From Fonticula alba ATCC 38817 (taxonomy: Eukaryota > Protista > Nucleariida): a stretch of DNA of 41,194 bases. A program made the position numbers and the translations under genes. Shown in pieces: positions 24,461-36,134 of this stretch (positions within the stretch are counted from its first letter, which is position 1; each line of letters opens with the position of its first letter). The notes under the pieces were generated by a model. The model was not told the origin of the DNA. It did not search any database and saw nothing but the letters and a program-made list of their open reading frames with translations. Location: NCBI GenBank assembly GCA_000388065.2, contig KB932206.1; one strand, 5' to 3'.

Positions 24461-26304
24461 GCCGGCCCCTCGCCGGCGGGCGCCTGGCTCGGGGCATCCG
24501 GCGTCGGGTGCAGGGCCATGGCGTTCTGGATGGCGTAATCGCCGGCCCGGCGCAGGGACCGCAGGATGAGGCTCTGCACGCTGTGCCACTGCTGGTCGGT
24601 GATCAGGCCGGGCGCCTGGCCGGGGCTGGTCGGCGAGCCCCCGGCCGCGGGGGCGCCAGAGGCGCGGGTGGGCTCGGCCCGCCGGGGGGCCGGCTTGGCC
24701 GCCGCGCCGGCCGGCCGCAACGACAGCAGCGGGCACTTCGGGCAGCCGGGGGTCAGGGCCCGGGTGCCGATCGGCAGGATGCCCTCCTCGGCCCCGAGGG
24801 CGCGGTTGACGCTCTCGAGCGCGTGCAAGTCCACCAGCCCATTGGTCTCCAGCACGGTGGCAATGTCGTCCCCCTCGTTGGCCATACTCCGGCAGTTGAT
24901 GACCTCCTGCCGGGCGCGGCTGGAGTTGGACAGGTGCGTGGCCAGCGAGGGGCCGTCGTCGGCCACCGACACGTACACCGTGTCGGAGTACCCGTGCAGG
25001 GCCACCGGGTTGGGGGTGCCCTCGTCGGCCGGGGCATCGCCGATGCGCGGCTTCTCGTACAGCCGCGTGCAGAAGCGCGCCAGCCCGTCGCTGTAGATCC
25101 ACACCCGGGTCTCGAAGTCCTGGCGCCCGGAGTCATGGCTGCCGACCTCGGCAATGAGGACGTACCTGGGGGGGGGGGGGGCCGGGGGCGGTCAGCCAAC
25201 GGGGCGGCAGTCACCCAGGTGGACGCGGGGATGTCAGTCAGGGGCGAAAAGAGCGGGGAAGAAAGGCCCCCGCCGCACGGGGGCCAAGAGAGACACTCGC
25301 CCGGCGGCGCGGAGGCCGGGGCAGGGGGGGGGGGGGGGCACACGCACACGCGCAGGTCGAACTTCACCCCGGACACCAGGCGCGGGTTGGACAGGTACCG
25401 CTGGACCACCAGCTGGCGGCGCTTCTCCCGCCCGGCCCACATGGCCAGCGACATGATGGACGGCGGGAGGAGGGTCTCGTCGGCCTCCTGGCCGGCGTCC
25501 CGGTCGACGGTCCCGCGCTGGGCCTTGAGCAGGGTGATGGCCGCGCCGCCGCAGCCGTCCGGCGGCTTGGCGATGTAGGCATCGGAGAAGGACCCGGCGG
25601 CCGGGGCCCCGGGCGACTCGGCATCCTCCGGCCCGGTGACATAGTGCAGGTGCCGGCTCAGGGCGGCCGCATCACGCGGCAGGCAGAAGGTCGTCGGCTG
25701 CAGCGCCACCGACAGCGGCCGCGAGGAGAGGCTGAAGCGCTCGGCCGTGGACAGATCCCCGGCCGACAGGCGCCCGGCCGCCAGCAGCAGGTCGATCTCG
25801 ATGTTCTCGCACCATGTGAAGTAGTCGGCCATGGTGGTCTTGTTGGCCAGGAATTGCAGCGAGGCGAAGCGGTTGGCGAAGCCGCCGACCCCGGGGCCGC
25901 GCCCGGCCGACTGCCGCGTCGGCGGGCCCAGGTGCGGCCGCTCGAAGCGCCATACCACCGCCGCGTCGGCCAGCGTGGCCTCCTGGAACCCGGCGGCAAT
26001 CTCGCCGCCGTTCATGAGCGGCTGCTCGGGGACGCTGGCCGTGGACCAGAGGTCTGCGCGAGCGGCGGCGCGGATCCGCGCGGCGGCCGCGAGGCAGACG
26101 CATGGGTCAGAGGGGCACTCGACACATAAAATTGGCAGGGGGGGGGGGCGGGGGGCAGGGGACCGACGCACCGGAAAGATAGTCGCTGATGACGCGCTTG
26201 TAGGTGGTATGCGTGTTCGGGGTGCAGTGCATCACGAAGCGAGCCGGGGGGTGGCCCTCGGCGCCCTGCTCCGAAGAGGGGGTGCTGCCGGATGGGGGGG
26301 ACAT
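23819..26304 (-). CDS. Tubulin-tyrosine-ligase-like (TTLL) ATP-grasp enzyme, probable tubulin polyglutamylase (TTLL6/7/11/13 group)
   Basis: YIAKPPDGCGGAAI, VVQRYLSNPRLVSGVKFDLR|YVLI, IYSDGLARFCT, CYELLGFDIMFD, PWILEVNASPSL. Both ends are tentative; the 3' end may splice further toward 22900. Confidence 0.88.
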
Positions 26305-27510
26305 CGCGCGGGCGGCGGGGCGGCACAGGGGCTCGGAGGAGGGACGAGGAGAGGGGGGGGGGGGGGGGGGGGGGAGCGGGCAGGGCGAGCGCACAGCGGG
26401 ATCGTCCTGGCGCCCTCTCACGCGCGTCCTCTTTCTTTCTCTCTATCAAGGACAAAACTCGGGTGCCGGCGTGTGTCTGCTCACCCTCTGTCTCGCTTTC
26501 GTCTTCCTTCACGCCTCGCTCTCGCTCTCCTCGTGGCCGCTCTCCTCGCGCTGGCCCGGGCCCGGGCCCTCTCCAGGCCCGGGCCGATCTCGCCGATGGC
26601 CGATGCGCGCGCACGCACACCCGGCCGCCGGGCGGCGCGGCGCTCGCGGTGCGCACTCTTCTACGGGGGGGGGCGGAGGGGGGCGGGGCGGGGCGGGCGC
26701 AGCGGAGGGAAGCAGTGGAGGGGCGCACGAATCCCAGCAAGGGCGGGGGGAGAAGGGGGTGTGCATGCGACCGGCGCGCCGATCCGCCCCGGACACACCG
26801 GCCCTTAGATCTCCCGCACGGCAGCCTGGTCATCACGCCCGGGGGCGCGCGCGCGCGCGTATGTAATACGACGATCGGCCAGGGGGAGGGGGCAGCGGGC
26901 GCGCATGCCTGCCAGGGGGGGGGATCAGCGCGCGCCCCGGAACGGGAGTGGGCAGCCGCGACAAACATTAATCGCGCGGCCGGTGCATGCGCCGCCGCTG
27001 GCGCCGGGGCCGTCTGGTGCCGGTGCACAACGGCCGCGCCCCTTGGGGCCCCCGGCGCGGCCGGATCCTTGGCCACCCCCCCTGGCGCGGAGGCGCTCGC
27101 CCGGTGCCGGCCCTCGGCGCGCGCGCGCGCGCGCGCCCCTGGTCACAGACCAACCGTGTGTCCGGTGACGCATGCCTCGCAGGCCTCAGGCGCGGGGCGG
27201 CCGGGCTCCGGCCGCAGAGGGGCCGAGCTCCCTGCGGTGGGGCTCGCCGACCCGCGGCGGTTCGCCTTGCCGGGGCCGAGGCCGGGCGTGGCGGGCGGAC
27301 GAGCGCCTGGGGCCCTCGCCCCTCCCCGGGCGTGCCCGGGGAAGGCCGACCGGCGCGAATGTGTGTGTGTGCGTGCGCGCCGGCGCCGGTCCCGGCTTCG
27401 CGCGGCGAGTTGGCAGCCGGGCCACATTCCACCGGCAGTCTCCGGGGCAGCCGGGGCCATTCCTGCCGGAGCCGCGGGCGTGTGTGTGTGGGTGTGTGTG
27501 TGAGCCTACG

Positions 27511-27559
<49 letters not shown>

Positions 27560-27950
27560 GCGTCCCCGGGCGCCGCGCAACGCCGGCATTCATCCCTCGT
27601 CCCCCCGGCCGGCCGGCCCCTCTCTTCCGGGCGCCGGCCGGGGCGCGCCGTCCGACTTGCCCGAGGCAGCCTCGCCCCGCACAGGTGCCAACGTGCCATC
27701 CCAAAACCATGGTCTCAGACCGCCGGGCGTTCTGAGGCGATGCATGTCTCAAGGTGGAGACGGGCGGATCTGCGGCGCGCGGCCGGGATCACGCCCCGGC
27801 CCGGGTCACACGGCGGGGCCTCGCGCCGGCACCTGGTCCGAGGGCATATACTCTTCGGGGGCCGGGCCCGTGGGTGCGCAGCCGCCCGCGGCATCCCAGC
27901 CAGCTCCCCCCCCCCCCCTCCCTCCCCCTGCTCGCATCCCTCTGTTGACC

Positions 27951-29249
27951 ATGTTCTCCTCACGCTCCTCCCACATCCTGGCATCCCTCGGGCGCCGGGC
28001 CTACGCCGCCGAGGCCGCTGGTGCGTGTCCCCCGCTTTGGCCTCCGGCCCCTCGCCCCTGCCTCGGATCCCCCTGACGCCGGGGGCCGATGTGGCCGGCC
28101 GCGATCTGGCCTCTTCATGCGCCCACCCATGCCTGTGCTTGCATGTGCACACACATTAAGACAAACTCACACACGCACGCACGCACACACACACGCACAC
28201 GCGCACGCACGCACACGCGCACGCACGCACACACACGCACGCACGCACGCACACGCGCACGCACGCACACACACGCACGCACGCACGCACGCACGCACAC
28301 GCACGCACACGCACGCACGCACGCACGCACACACACAAACACAAACACAAACACAAACACACACACACACACACAAACACAAACACACACAAACACACAC
28401 ACAGTCTCTCTCACCGCCCCCCGGCAGACCCGGGTCTTCTGGAAGGCGGTCTCCACCCGGCCGCTGGACCCCACCTGGGTCAGCACCAAGGCCAAGGTCC
28501 CGGCGCACTTCCCCGAGGGGACCCCCAAGTTTGGGGTCTTCCTCGACGCCCGGCCCCTGCGCACGCACCTGAAGCAGCTGTTCGAGGTGCCGTGCCCCCT
28601 GCTGGCGGAGCTGATCGCCGCCGAGTGGTCCAGCCAGCGCGAGCACCTGAAGCCGCTGGCCCTGCCGCTGACGTCGCTCATCAGCCGGGCCCTGGACGGG
28701 CCGCTGTATGAGCAGCGCGACACCGAGTCCATCATCGATGGCCTGGTGGCGTACCTCCACTCGGACACCCTCTGCTTCCCGGAGCCCTACCCGGCCGGGC
28801 TGGTGGAGCGCCAGAACCGCGAGTGGACCCCCATCCGCCGGTGGGTGGAGGCCGAGTACGGGGTGACCCTGCGCTGCGCCTCCGAGCGGGAGTTCGATGT
28901 CACCCAGTCGCCGGAGACCGTGGCCAAGCTGTCGGCCTTCCTGCGGGAGCTGCACCCCTGGCAGCTGGTGGCCTTCGAGGAGGCGGTCATCTCCTCCAAG
29001 TCCTTCATCCTGCCGCTGGCCCTCCTCCGGCGGCACATCACCCTGGACCAGGCGGCCGATGCCTCGCGCCTGGAGACCCTCTACCAGGTGGGCCGCTGGG
29101 GGCAGGTGGAGGACACCCACGATGTGGATCACTATGACATCCGCACGCGCCTGGGCGCCGCGCTGCTCATGCATCGCGCTGTCACCGGCCTGCACCACGA
29201 GCAGGCGCTCCTGCGCGCGGCCGAAAAGGCTGCCACCCCCTCCGAGTAG
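27951..29249 (+). CDS. ATP12: Mitochondrial F1-ATPase assembly chaperone ATP12/ATPAF2
   Basis: Exon 1 (27951-28020) is presequence-like ([22 protein letters not shown]). Proposed intron 28021-28404. Exon 2 carries [60 protein letters not shown]. Confidence 0.92.
28165..28403. repeat. (GCAC)n/(CA)n/(CAAA)n compound microsatellite in the ATP12 intron
   Basis: Visible directly. Confidence 0.92.
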
Positions 29250-29543
29250 GTTGCCCCGGCCGGGCCACAGGCGCCGGCCCTCGCTCGCCCCCTTTCTCGA
29301 TCCTCCCTCCCCGCTTGCGATGCCTCGCCCCCCCCCCCCCGCCCTCCGAAGATATGGCGCCACACCAAGGTGCTCAATGTACAATCCATAGACTGAGAAG
29401 GGGACGCATGCTTGTGCGGGTGCGGGTGCGTGACGCGCGCTCGGTCGCGTGCTTTCTATTTGTCTTTTCTGCCCACGCGGGCGGCGGCAGCGAGGGGAAT
29501 GACGCCGGGAAGGGGGTGCCCGGGGGGGACATATAGACCATGC

Positions 29544-29738
29544 TCAGCGGCGCTTGTTGCCCCCCTTGCGGGCCGATGACCCGGTCGATGGCCCAGGGAC
29601 CACGGCGTGGCCGGTGTCCTTCAGGTGCTTGAACATCTGATTGCGGGTGGGGAAGGACCGCCGGCACTTCTGGCACTGCAGGCGGGCCGGTCCGTGCGGG
29701 GGAGGGAGGCGCGCGCGCGTGTGTGCACGCGAGAGAGA

Positions 29739-29781
<43 letters not shown>

Positions 29782-32647
29782 GAGTGGGTCAGCATACGAA
29801 GGGGGTGGGGAAGGAGATCGCGCAGGGAGTGCCACGTACCAGGAACTCCTCCCCGTCGGTGGCTGCCGCCGCCTGGGCAGAGGCCTTGCCGGCACCGGCG
29901 GCGGCGGCGACTGGCTTCTTGCTGTTGGGGGGGGCTGTGGCCGGAGCCGAGGCAACCTTCTTCTTGGCCTTGCCTATGTTGGCGCGCATGGCCGGGTGTG
30001 GATGGGGCGGCGGGNNNNNNNNNNNNNNNNNNNNNNNNNNNNNNNNNNNNNNNNNNNNNNNNNNNNNNNGCGCCTGCCGCCCCGCGCATTCCGACCATCA
30101 TCCGAATCGGAGTCCGAGTCCAGCACATCGCCAAGGATGGAAACACGGGGCTTCTGGCCGGACGCCAGGGATTCCTCCAGCGACAGGAGCTCCGCCTGCA
30201 TGCCGGACAGGCTGGACAGCCCAGCAGACTTGGGGCCGGGCTTGCCCCTCGATCCGGCCATGAGGCTGGGGTGGCCCTCGTTCTCCGACCCATCCTCATC
30301 CTCATCCTCGGACTCGGACTCGGACTCGGACTCGGACTCGGACTCAGACTCGGACTCGGACTCGGACTCGGACTCGGATTCTGACGCCGACCCAGGCTCC
30401 AACTCGGACTCTGACCCGGGCTCTGACTCATCATCATCATCATCATCATCCTCCTCGGAAGCGCTTTCGCCCTGGGGAACACCCTCGGGCTGGGATTCAG
30501 ACTCGGAATCATCCTCGAACTCGTCCTCCGAGGAGGCAGCCGACATGGCGTCCTCATCCGAGGTGACATACTCGACGTCCTCATCGCTGTTGGCCTGGTC
30601 GTTGGACGCAAAGTACATGGCATCCTCCATGGCCATCTCCTCCTGTAGCTGCTTCATGTTTTGCAGGTGCTTGCGCGACCGGTTGTGGTTCTTCAGCCTG
30701 GTCGCCGAGGAGCGTGAAAGGGGGGCGTGCGTGGGAAAAGGAGCCATCAGTAAACCGACCGCATGCAGGCACATTGCGGGCCGCGGGAGAGGGGAAGGAC
30801 TATCATCCACATTGCCGAGGGGGAGAGGGGGGGCGGGGGCGGGGCAGAGAGAGGACGACGGCACGCACTGCATCTCCGAGCGGAAGGTCTTGTTGCAGGC
30901 CGGGCAGAAGAGCACATCGTCAAAGTCATCCCCATCCGACAGGTCCTCCGGGTCCAGGTGATCCCGGTACGCCGGGTCCAGCAGCCAGGAGGGCGGCTTG
31001 GAAAAGCGCTCGGCCGCGCTGGCCGCACGCTCCTCCTGCTCCTGCTTCTTGCGCTGGTTGTACTCCTCCCGGCGGCGGGCCTCCTCCGCCTGGCGGACCT
31101 GGTCGAAGGCAATCAGACGCCGGTCGCGCTTGGCCACATGTGCCACGAGGTTCTGCGCCGGCCACCGTCGGCCGCCAGGCCACACAAACACATCCCACGT
31201 GTCAGTCGATGCACAGCCAGGGGGGAGGGGGGCGGAGAAGACAAGGGGGGCACAAAGGGGGGCGGCCCTGATGCGCGTACCCGGACCGTGGTGCTGTATT
31301 CGCGCTTCTTGGCGTCGCGCAGTCGGCGGTTCTCCTTCTCATAATACCGCCGGGTGTACCGGTTCGGCATGTCCTGGAAGCTGTCCACCCCGATGCCCAG
31401 ATGCGTGAAGGACTTGTAGGTGGAGAAGTTCATCCACGCCGCGTAGAAGGCCCGCACGTCGGCCTCGGCCGCGCCGCTGTCCCCGAAGGGCGGCAGGTCC
31501 AGGGTGAAGCTGGCGCTCCGGTTGGACATCTTCACCCAGGAGAAGGCGTCCTCCTCCTGCAGGCGCAGCTCCTCAAAGAGGTCTCCGTAAACGACGTAGA
31601 AGCTCTGGTGCCTCCGCCAGGGCCGACACCGGGGAGGGGAAGGGGGGAGGGGGGGGCGGTGGCGAGCCCATGCGAGGGTCAGCGCCGGCGGCGGCGGCGG
31701 AGGGAGAAAAGGCAGCAAGCAGCCCCCGGGGGCAAGGGGACACACGCACAAAGTCGTCGGAATCCGAGAACCCACGGAAGACCGTCGGCTGGAAGTACTG
31801 CTCGAGGTCGATCTCCTCGGCCTCGTCGTCGTCGCCCATGAGGATGGCTACGATGTGTCAGAGGGGGGATGCGGCGCCGGAAACCGGGGGCAAAGGAAGG
31901 GGGGAGGGAGGCGGGCAGCGCGACCGACGCACCTTCGCGGTTCTTGTCATACCTGCGCCGGTGTCCGGGGGGAGGAGGGGGGCGGGAGACGATGGCGGTC
32001 AGTTGGCGTCAGGGGCCCATACGACCTGGGGCCCGGCCAGCACGCACCAGGCCCGCTCATTCGGGTCGCTCAGCACGTCGTAGGCCTTCTTCACCTGGAG
32101 GAAGTGCTTCTGCGCGGTTTCCGGATCGTCCAGGTTCTTGTCTGCGGGCAGGTGTCAGTGACGTGGAGAAGGGCAGGCACGTGTGCGTGTGTGTGTGTGT
32201 GTATGTGGCCGCATCGAAGCTCGCGCGTCTCGGGCGAGCATGTGCCACGCCCTCGGCAGGACAGCCGCCACGAGGCCGAGGCGGTACGCGGCTGCCGCGT
32301 CGCGGGAGGGTGCGCCGACGAGACAAAGATGCATGTGTCGGCTGATGCGGCATGCGCGGGGGGAGGGGGGGCGCATGCGTTCATGCATGCAGGCCGCGCG
32401 CGCGCACACACGGGACAGCGCAGACAGCGAAGACGCATGGACCCCACCCGCCGCAGCACCCTGGCAGGGGGGGGAAGCGGGGGGCGACATTCCGGCGGCC
32501 GAGACAAGGCGCCCGTCGACGCCAGACACAAGCAGGCCAGGACGCACCAGGATGGTACTTGACCGCAAGGCGAAGATACGCGCGGCGGAGTTGCTTTTCA
32601 TCCGCGTCAATCTCCACCTCCAGGAGGGTGTAGTAGCAAGTTCTCAT
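29544..32647 (-). CDS. DNAJC21: DnaJ subfamily C member 21 / Jjj1 (J-domain, two C2H2 zinc fingers; 60S biogenesis co-chaperone)
   Basis: MRTCYYTLLEV..AVKYHP|DKN (HPD split by an intron)..AYDVLSDPNERAW|YD; AFYAAWMNFSTYKSF; EKENRRLRD; LFCPACNKTFRSEMQ|LKNHNRSRKH; acidic (SE)n tract; CQKCRRSFPTRNQMFKHLKDTGH. Confidence 0.92.
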
Positions 32648-33391
32648 GGCTGAGCGGCGCTGTGAGATGGGCGGGCAGGCAGGCAGGGCGACACGTGCAA
32701 GGACGTGGGGGGAGGGAGGGAGAGAGAAAGAAGGAGAGAGAGAGAGGGGGGGGGGAAGGGGGGATATGCCGTGAGCCCCTCTGGCCGGGGGGGGGGGGCT
32801 CGCACGTCGCGCCTTCTTCTCTCCTGTCCTAACCCGCCGGCGCCACGCCGCCGATCATCCGCCTCGGCTCGCCCGCCGGGGCGCAGCAGACACGCAAGCC
32901 GAGGCGCGAGATCGCCGCGTCACCCAGATCGCGCGGGGCGTCTGCCGAGGGAGTGCCAACGATCCCGGCTTGCGCAATCACGCGCCTTCGTGGAAATGTC
33001 ATTCTAGAGGATGAGCTCCCGACGCTCCGGCCAGCTGCCGCGCCGGCGTGTGGCAAACAGCACACCCCAGTCTCGGGAGCCGGGGACGCCCCGAGGAGGG
33101 AGGGGGGGGCTCGGGCAGCTGGGGGACGGACATTTCGTGAACCACTGCCCAACGCCAGCCGGGCCCGGGCCCCAACAGATCTCCCCTCCCCCTCCTCCTG
33201 ATCCGCTCCCCCCTTGCCCCCCCCGTCCGCCCTTCCCCCTCGCCCTCCCCTCGGCCTCTGGCCCCCGGCCCCTTCTAGCTCCCTTCTTTTGGGCATCATC
33301 TCGCTGCCCCTCCCCCCCCCCCTGCACGCCTCTTGCCCCGGGGACATTGGCCCTGCACATACCCACGGTCGCGTGCGTGCACTGCTCGCCG

Positions 33392-35626
33392 ATGCTCTCG
33401 CTCGCGCATAGGGTTCCCATTGGCAACATCCAAGGGCGCGAGGGCCTGTCCCTGGCGACAGCCTCGCGGTCTCTGCCCAGCGTGCAGCGCTCTCGGATTT
33501 CCCTGTGGCCCAATTCCGTGGATGGCCGGCAGCCGGGGCCCTCGGGCCACGGGCGCACCCGCGTGCCGGCCGGTGCCGTGATCGCCTCGAGCGCCGGGTC
33601 GCGGGCGCCGCTGCCGGCCATGGCCGGATCGCTGGCGGCCCTGCCGCACCGGCGGATGGCCTCGCAACCGGGGTTCATCGCGGCGCCGCGGGCCCTGACC
33701 CGGGTGCTGGCCTCGCCGGTGCTGCTCTCGACCAACTTCCTGCTGGGGATCTCCCTGCGCAATCGGGTTCTCTCCTCCATGGACCGGGACATTGCCTGGG
33801 TGTCGCAAATGCGCGACCCGATGTCGGTCATCAGCCATGCGGCACGGGTGCCGGGCTTCATCGAGCCCGGGGTCCGGGCCGCGGCCCGGACGCGCTCCGG
33901 CGATCATCTGGCGGTCCTGGCGCCGGGGGATGTGGCCGCGGCGGCCCTTGCCCAGAGTGGCCTGCCGCCGCGCCAGCGCCGGTGGGCCCTTGCGCAGCAT
34001 GCCCGGGCGGCGGTCCGGCCGGTGGGCCGGTCGCGCCTGTACCGGGCCTCGGACAAGCTGCATGCCGTATCCACGACGGCCATTGTGGCGGGTCAGTCGT
34101 TCGGGCGGCCGAGCAGCATGTGGCGCTTCCTTTCGTCCCAGGCGGTGGCCCTGCCGGGGGCCGATGCCGCGAGCACGGTGCTGTCCAGCCGGGAGGCCCT
34201 GCTGTCGGCGCTGGACACGGTGGCCATCCTCCCCCGGAGGCCCATCAGCCCTGATGCCCTGGCGGCCTTGCGCCGGCTGGAATTCGACGGGGCCCGGGGC
34301 CAGGCGGCGCGCTTCACCGCCATCGGCATCCTGGCGGCCGATGTCCTGGCCAATGCCAAGGACCAATTGGGCGCCAATCCGATGGACAGCTACCGCCCGG
34401 AGGAGGCTCCCTTCCCCGGGCTGAATGACAGCACCCCGCGTACTCGGACCCGGGTGCGGCTCTTGCAGCTGGCGCACTTTAGCACGGCCCTGCAGCAGGA
34501 CCCCACCACCCGGCACTTGGCCCTGTCCATGACCGACATGGCCATCCTGCTGGACAGGGCGCGCACCACCGTGCAAGAGTCCCTCGGGCGCAATATGCCG
34601 GACTTCCGGTCGCCCATGAGCCAGCAGCACCCCTGGCGGCAGGAGGCCCTGGAACTGGCCCGGCAGGGGGTCCCCCTGGCCGAGGTGAGCCGGCGCTTGA
34701 ATCGGCCCGTGGAGACACTGCGGCGGGCCCTGTCGCACTTGGCGCCGGAATACCTGGTGGAAATGGAGACGGCCCAGGCCGCCCGGAGGGCGGAAAGCCG
34801 CGCGGAGGTCATCGCCCTGGCCACCGGGCCGTCGAGCCACACGCACAGCATCAGCAGCATCGCCCGGCAGACGGGGATTTCGATGTACCACGTCCGGTCC
34901 ATTTTGCAGGCCGAGTGCCCGGAGTTCGTGATGCTGCGGTCGGTGTCGTCGGAGCAGCGGGCCCAAATCCGCGCCCTGCTGCTGGCCAGCCCCCAGGAGT
35001 ATGCCATCACCAAGTCCAAGACGCTGGCCGGCCTGGTCAGTGACACCGGCATTCCGGAGCGCATTTTGCTGGTGGCCCTGCGCCAGGCGGCCCTGGACCA
35101 GACATGCCCGCTGGCCTCGCGGGCGCGGGAACTCCTGGCCACGGTGTCGCCGGTGTCGGCCGCCGAACTGCCCCCCGTGGCCCCGGCTGTCGATGGCGCT
35201 CCGCCCGGCCAGGGGCCCGTGGCGGCTGGGGCGGACACCTCCCTGCTCAAGGCCCCGGCTGCGCCCGGCGGCCGGAAGGCCGCCTCGCCGCAGCTGATCG
35301 CCGAAATCGTGCACCTGGCCCGGCAAACCACGGTGACCGTGGTCCACACCCCGACCGCCGAGTACCACCTGACGCGGCGTGCCACCATGGAGGAGATCGC
35401 CAACCAGCTGGGCTGCTCCTTCACCGTGGTCCGGCAGACCATCAACCGTCTGGTGCCGGAGTTCGCGAAGTCCGGCGCGCGCTGTCCCTCGCTGGAGGCC
35501 TACGTCCTGGACTTGGCCCTTCAGACTTCGCCGAAGCTGTCGCTGTCGGAAATCAGCCGCCGCGCGGGGTTCAGCCGCTCGGCCATCAACGCCATCCTGG
35601 CTCGCGTCCTGCCGGCAGCCGACTAG
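33392..35626 (+). CDS. Intronless 744-aa orphan with about six helix-turn-helix-like motifs and an Arg/Ser/Ala-rich N-terminus
   Basis: Long ORF with protein-like composition from ATG 33392 to TAG 35626. HTH-like segments include GVPLAEVSRRLNRPVETLRRAL, SISSIARQTGISMYHVRSIL, ATMEEIANQLGCSFTVVRQTI, LSLSEISRRAGFSRSAINAIL. Confidence 0.8.
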   Translation: MLSLAHRVPIGNIQGREGLSLATASRSLPSVQRSRISLWPNSVDGRQPGPSGHGRTRVPAGAVIASSAGSRAPLPAMAGSLAALPHRRMASQPGFIAAPRALTRVLASPVLLSTNFLLGISLRNRVLSSMDRDIAWVSQMRDPMSVISHAARVPGFIEPGVRAAARTRSGDHLAVLAPGDVAAAALAQSGLPPRQRRWALAQHARAAVRPVGRSRLYRASDKLHAVSTTAIVAGQSFGRPSSMWRFLSSQAVALPGADAASTVLSSREALLSALDTVAILPRRPISPDALAALRRLEFDGARGQAARFTAIGILAADVLANAKDQLGANPMDSYRPEEAPFPGLNDSTPRTRTRVRLLQLAHFSTALQQDPTTRHLALSMTDMAILLDRARTTVQESLGRNMPDFRSPMSQQHPWRQEALELARQGVPLAEVSRRLNRPVETLRRALSHLAPEYLVEMETAQAARRAESRAEVIALATGPSSHTHSISSIARQTGISMYHVRSILQAECPEFVMLRSVSSEQRAQIRALLLASPQEYAITKSKTLAGLVSDTGIPERILLVALRQAALDQTCPLASRARELLATVSPVSAAELPPVAPAVDGAPPGQGPVAAGADTSLLKAPAAPGGRKAASPQLIAEIVHLARQTTVTVVHTPTAEYHLTRRATMEEIANQLGCSFTVVRQTINRLVPEFAKSGARCPSLEAYVLDLALQTSPKLSLSEISRRAGFSRSAINAILARVLPAAD

Positions 35627-35762
35627 CGGTGCTGTGTGTGTGTGCCTCTTGTCTCTCTCTCTCTCTCTCTTTTCCTCTTCGCGTGTGGCGTGTCTGCCGT
35701 GTTTGGCACGCGCGTGCCCGGGCCTGGTCTCCTCCTCTCCCCACGGGCGCCACATGTCCCTG

Positions 35763-35781
35763 CACGACGCTCTTCCGATCT
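35763..35781 (+). other. Illumina adapter remnant (CACGACGCTCTTCCGATCT) between a false 189-bp duplication (35574-35762 / 35782-35970)
   Basis: Exact match to the 3' end of the Illumina Read 1 primer sequence as recalled; flanked by identical copies. Confidence 0.95.
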
Positions 35782-36106
35782 GCCGCTCGGCCATCAACGC
35801 CATCCTGGCTCGCGTCCTGCCGGCAGCCGACTAGCGGTGCTGTGTGTGTGTGCCTCTTGTCTCTCTCTCTCTCTCTCTTTTCCTCTTCGCGTGTGGCGTG
35901 TCTGCCGTGTTTGGCACGCGCGTGCCCGGGCCTGGTCTCCTCCTCTCCCCACGGGCGCCACATGTCCCTGTCCTTGAATTCAAAAACATTCCCCGATGAC
36001 TGTGTTGTCTCTGCTTGCAGGGCCGCACTTTCGTGTGTCTTTTGTGTATTTCTTTCCCTGGTCCCTCTTTTGTGTGTCGGTTTTCTTCCATGTCTTTTTC
36101 CATCTT

Positions 36107-36134
36107 ATACGATATTACAAGGTGACTGGAGTTC
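36107..36134 (+). other. Illumina indexed PCR primer remnant (ATACGA[T]ATTACAAGGTGACTGGAGTTC; index TACAAG) between a false 94-bp duplication (36013-36106 / 36135-36228)
   Basis: One mismatch to ...ATACGAGAT-TACAAG-GTGACTGGAGTTC as recalled; flanked by identical copies. Confidence 0.92.

Noticed and set aside
27700-27745. Hairpin CTCAGA..CGCC/GGCG..TCTGAG upstream of ATP12 as an ncRNA
   Set aside because: Short stems are common at this GC content and no family motif is recognisable
30290-30450. (SE)n/(D)n tract in DNAJC21 as a novel domain
   Set aside because: A hexamer microsatellite expansion within the acidic linker typical of this family
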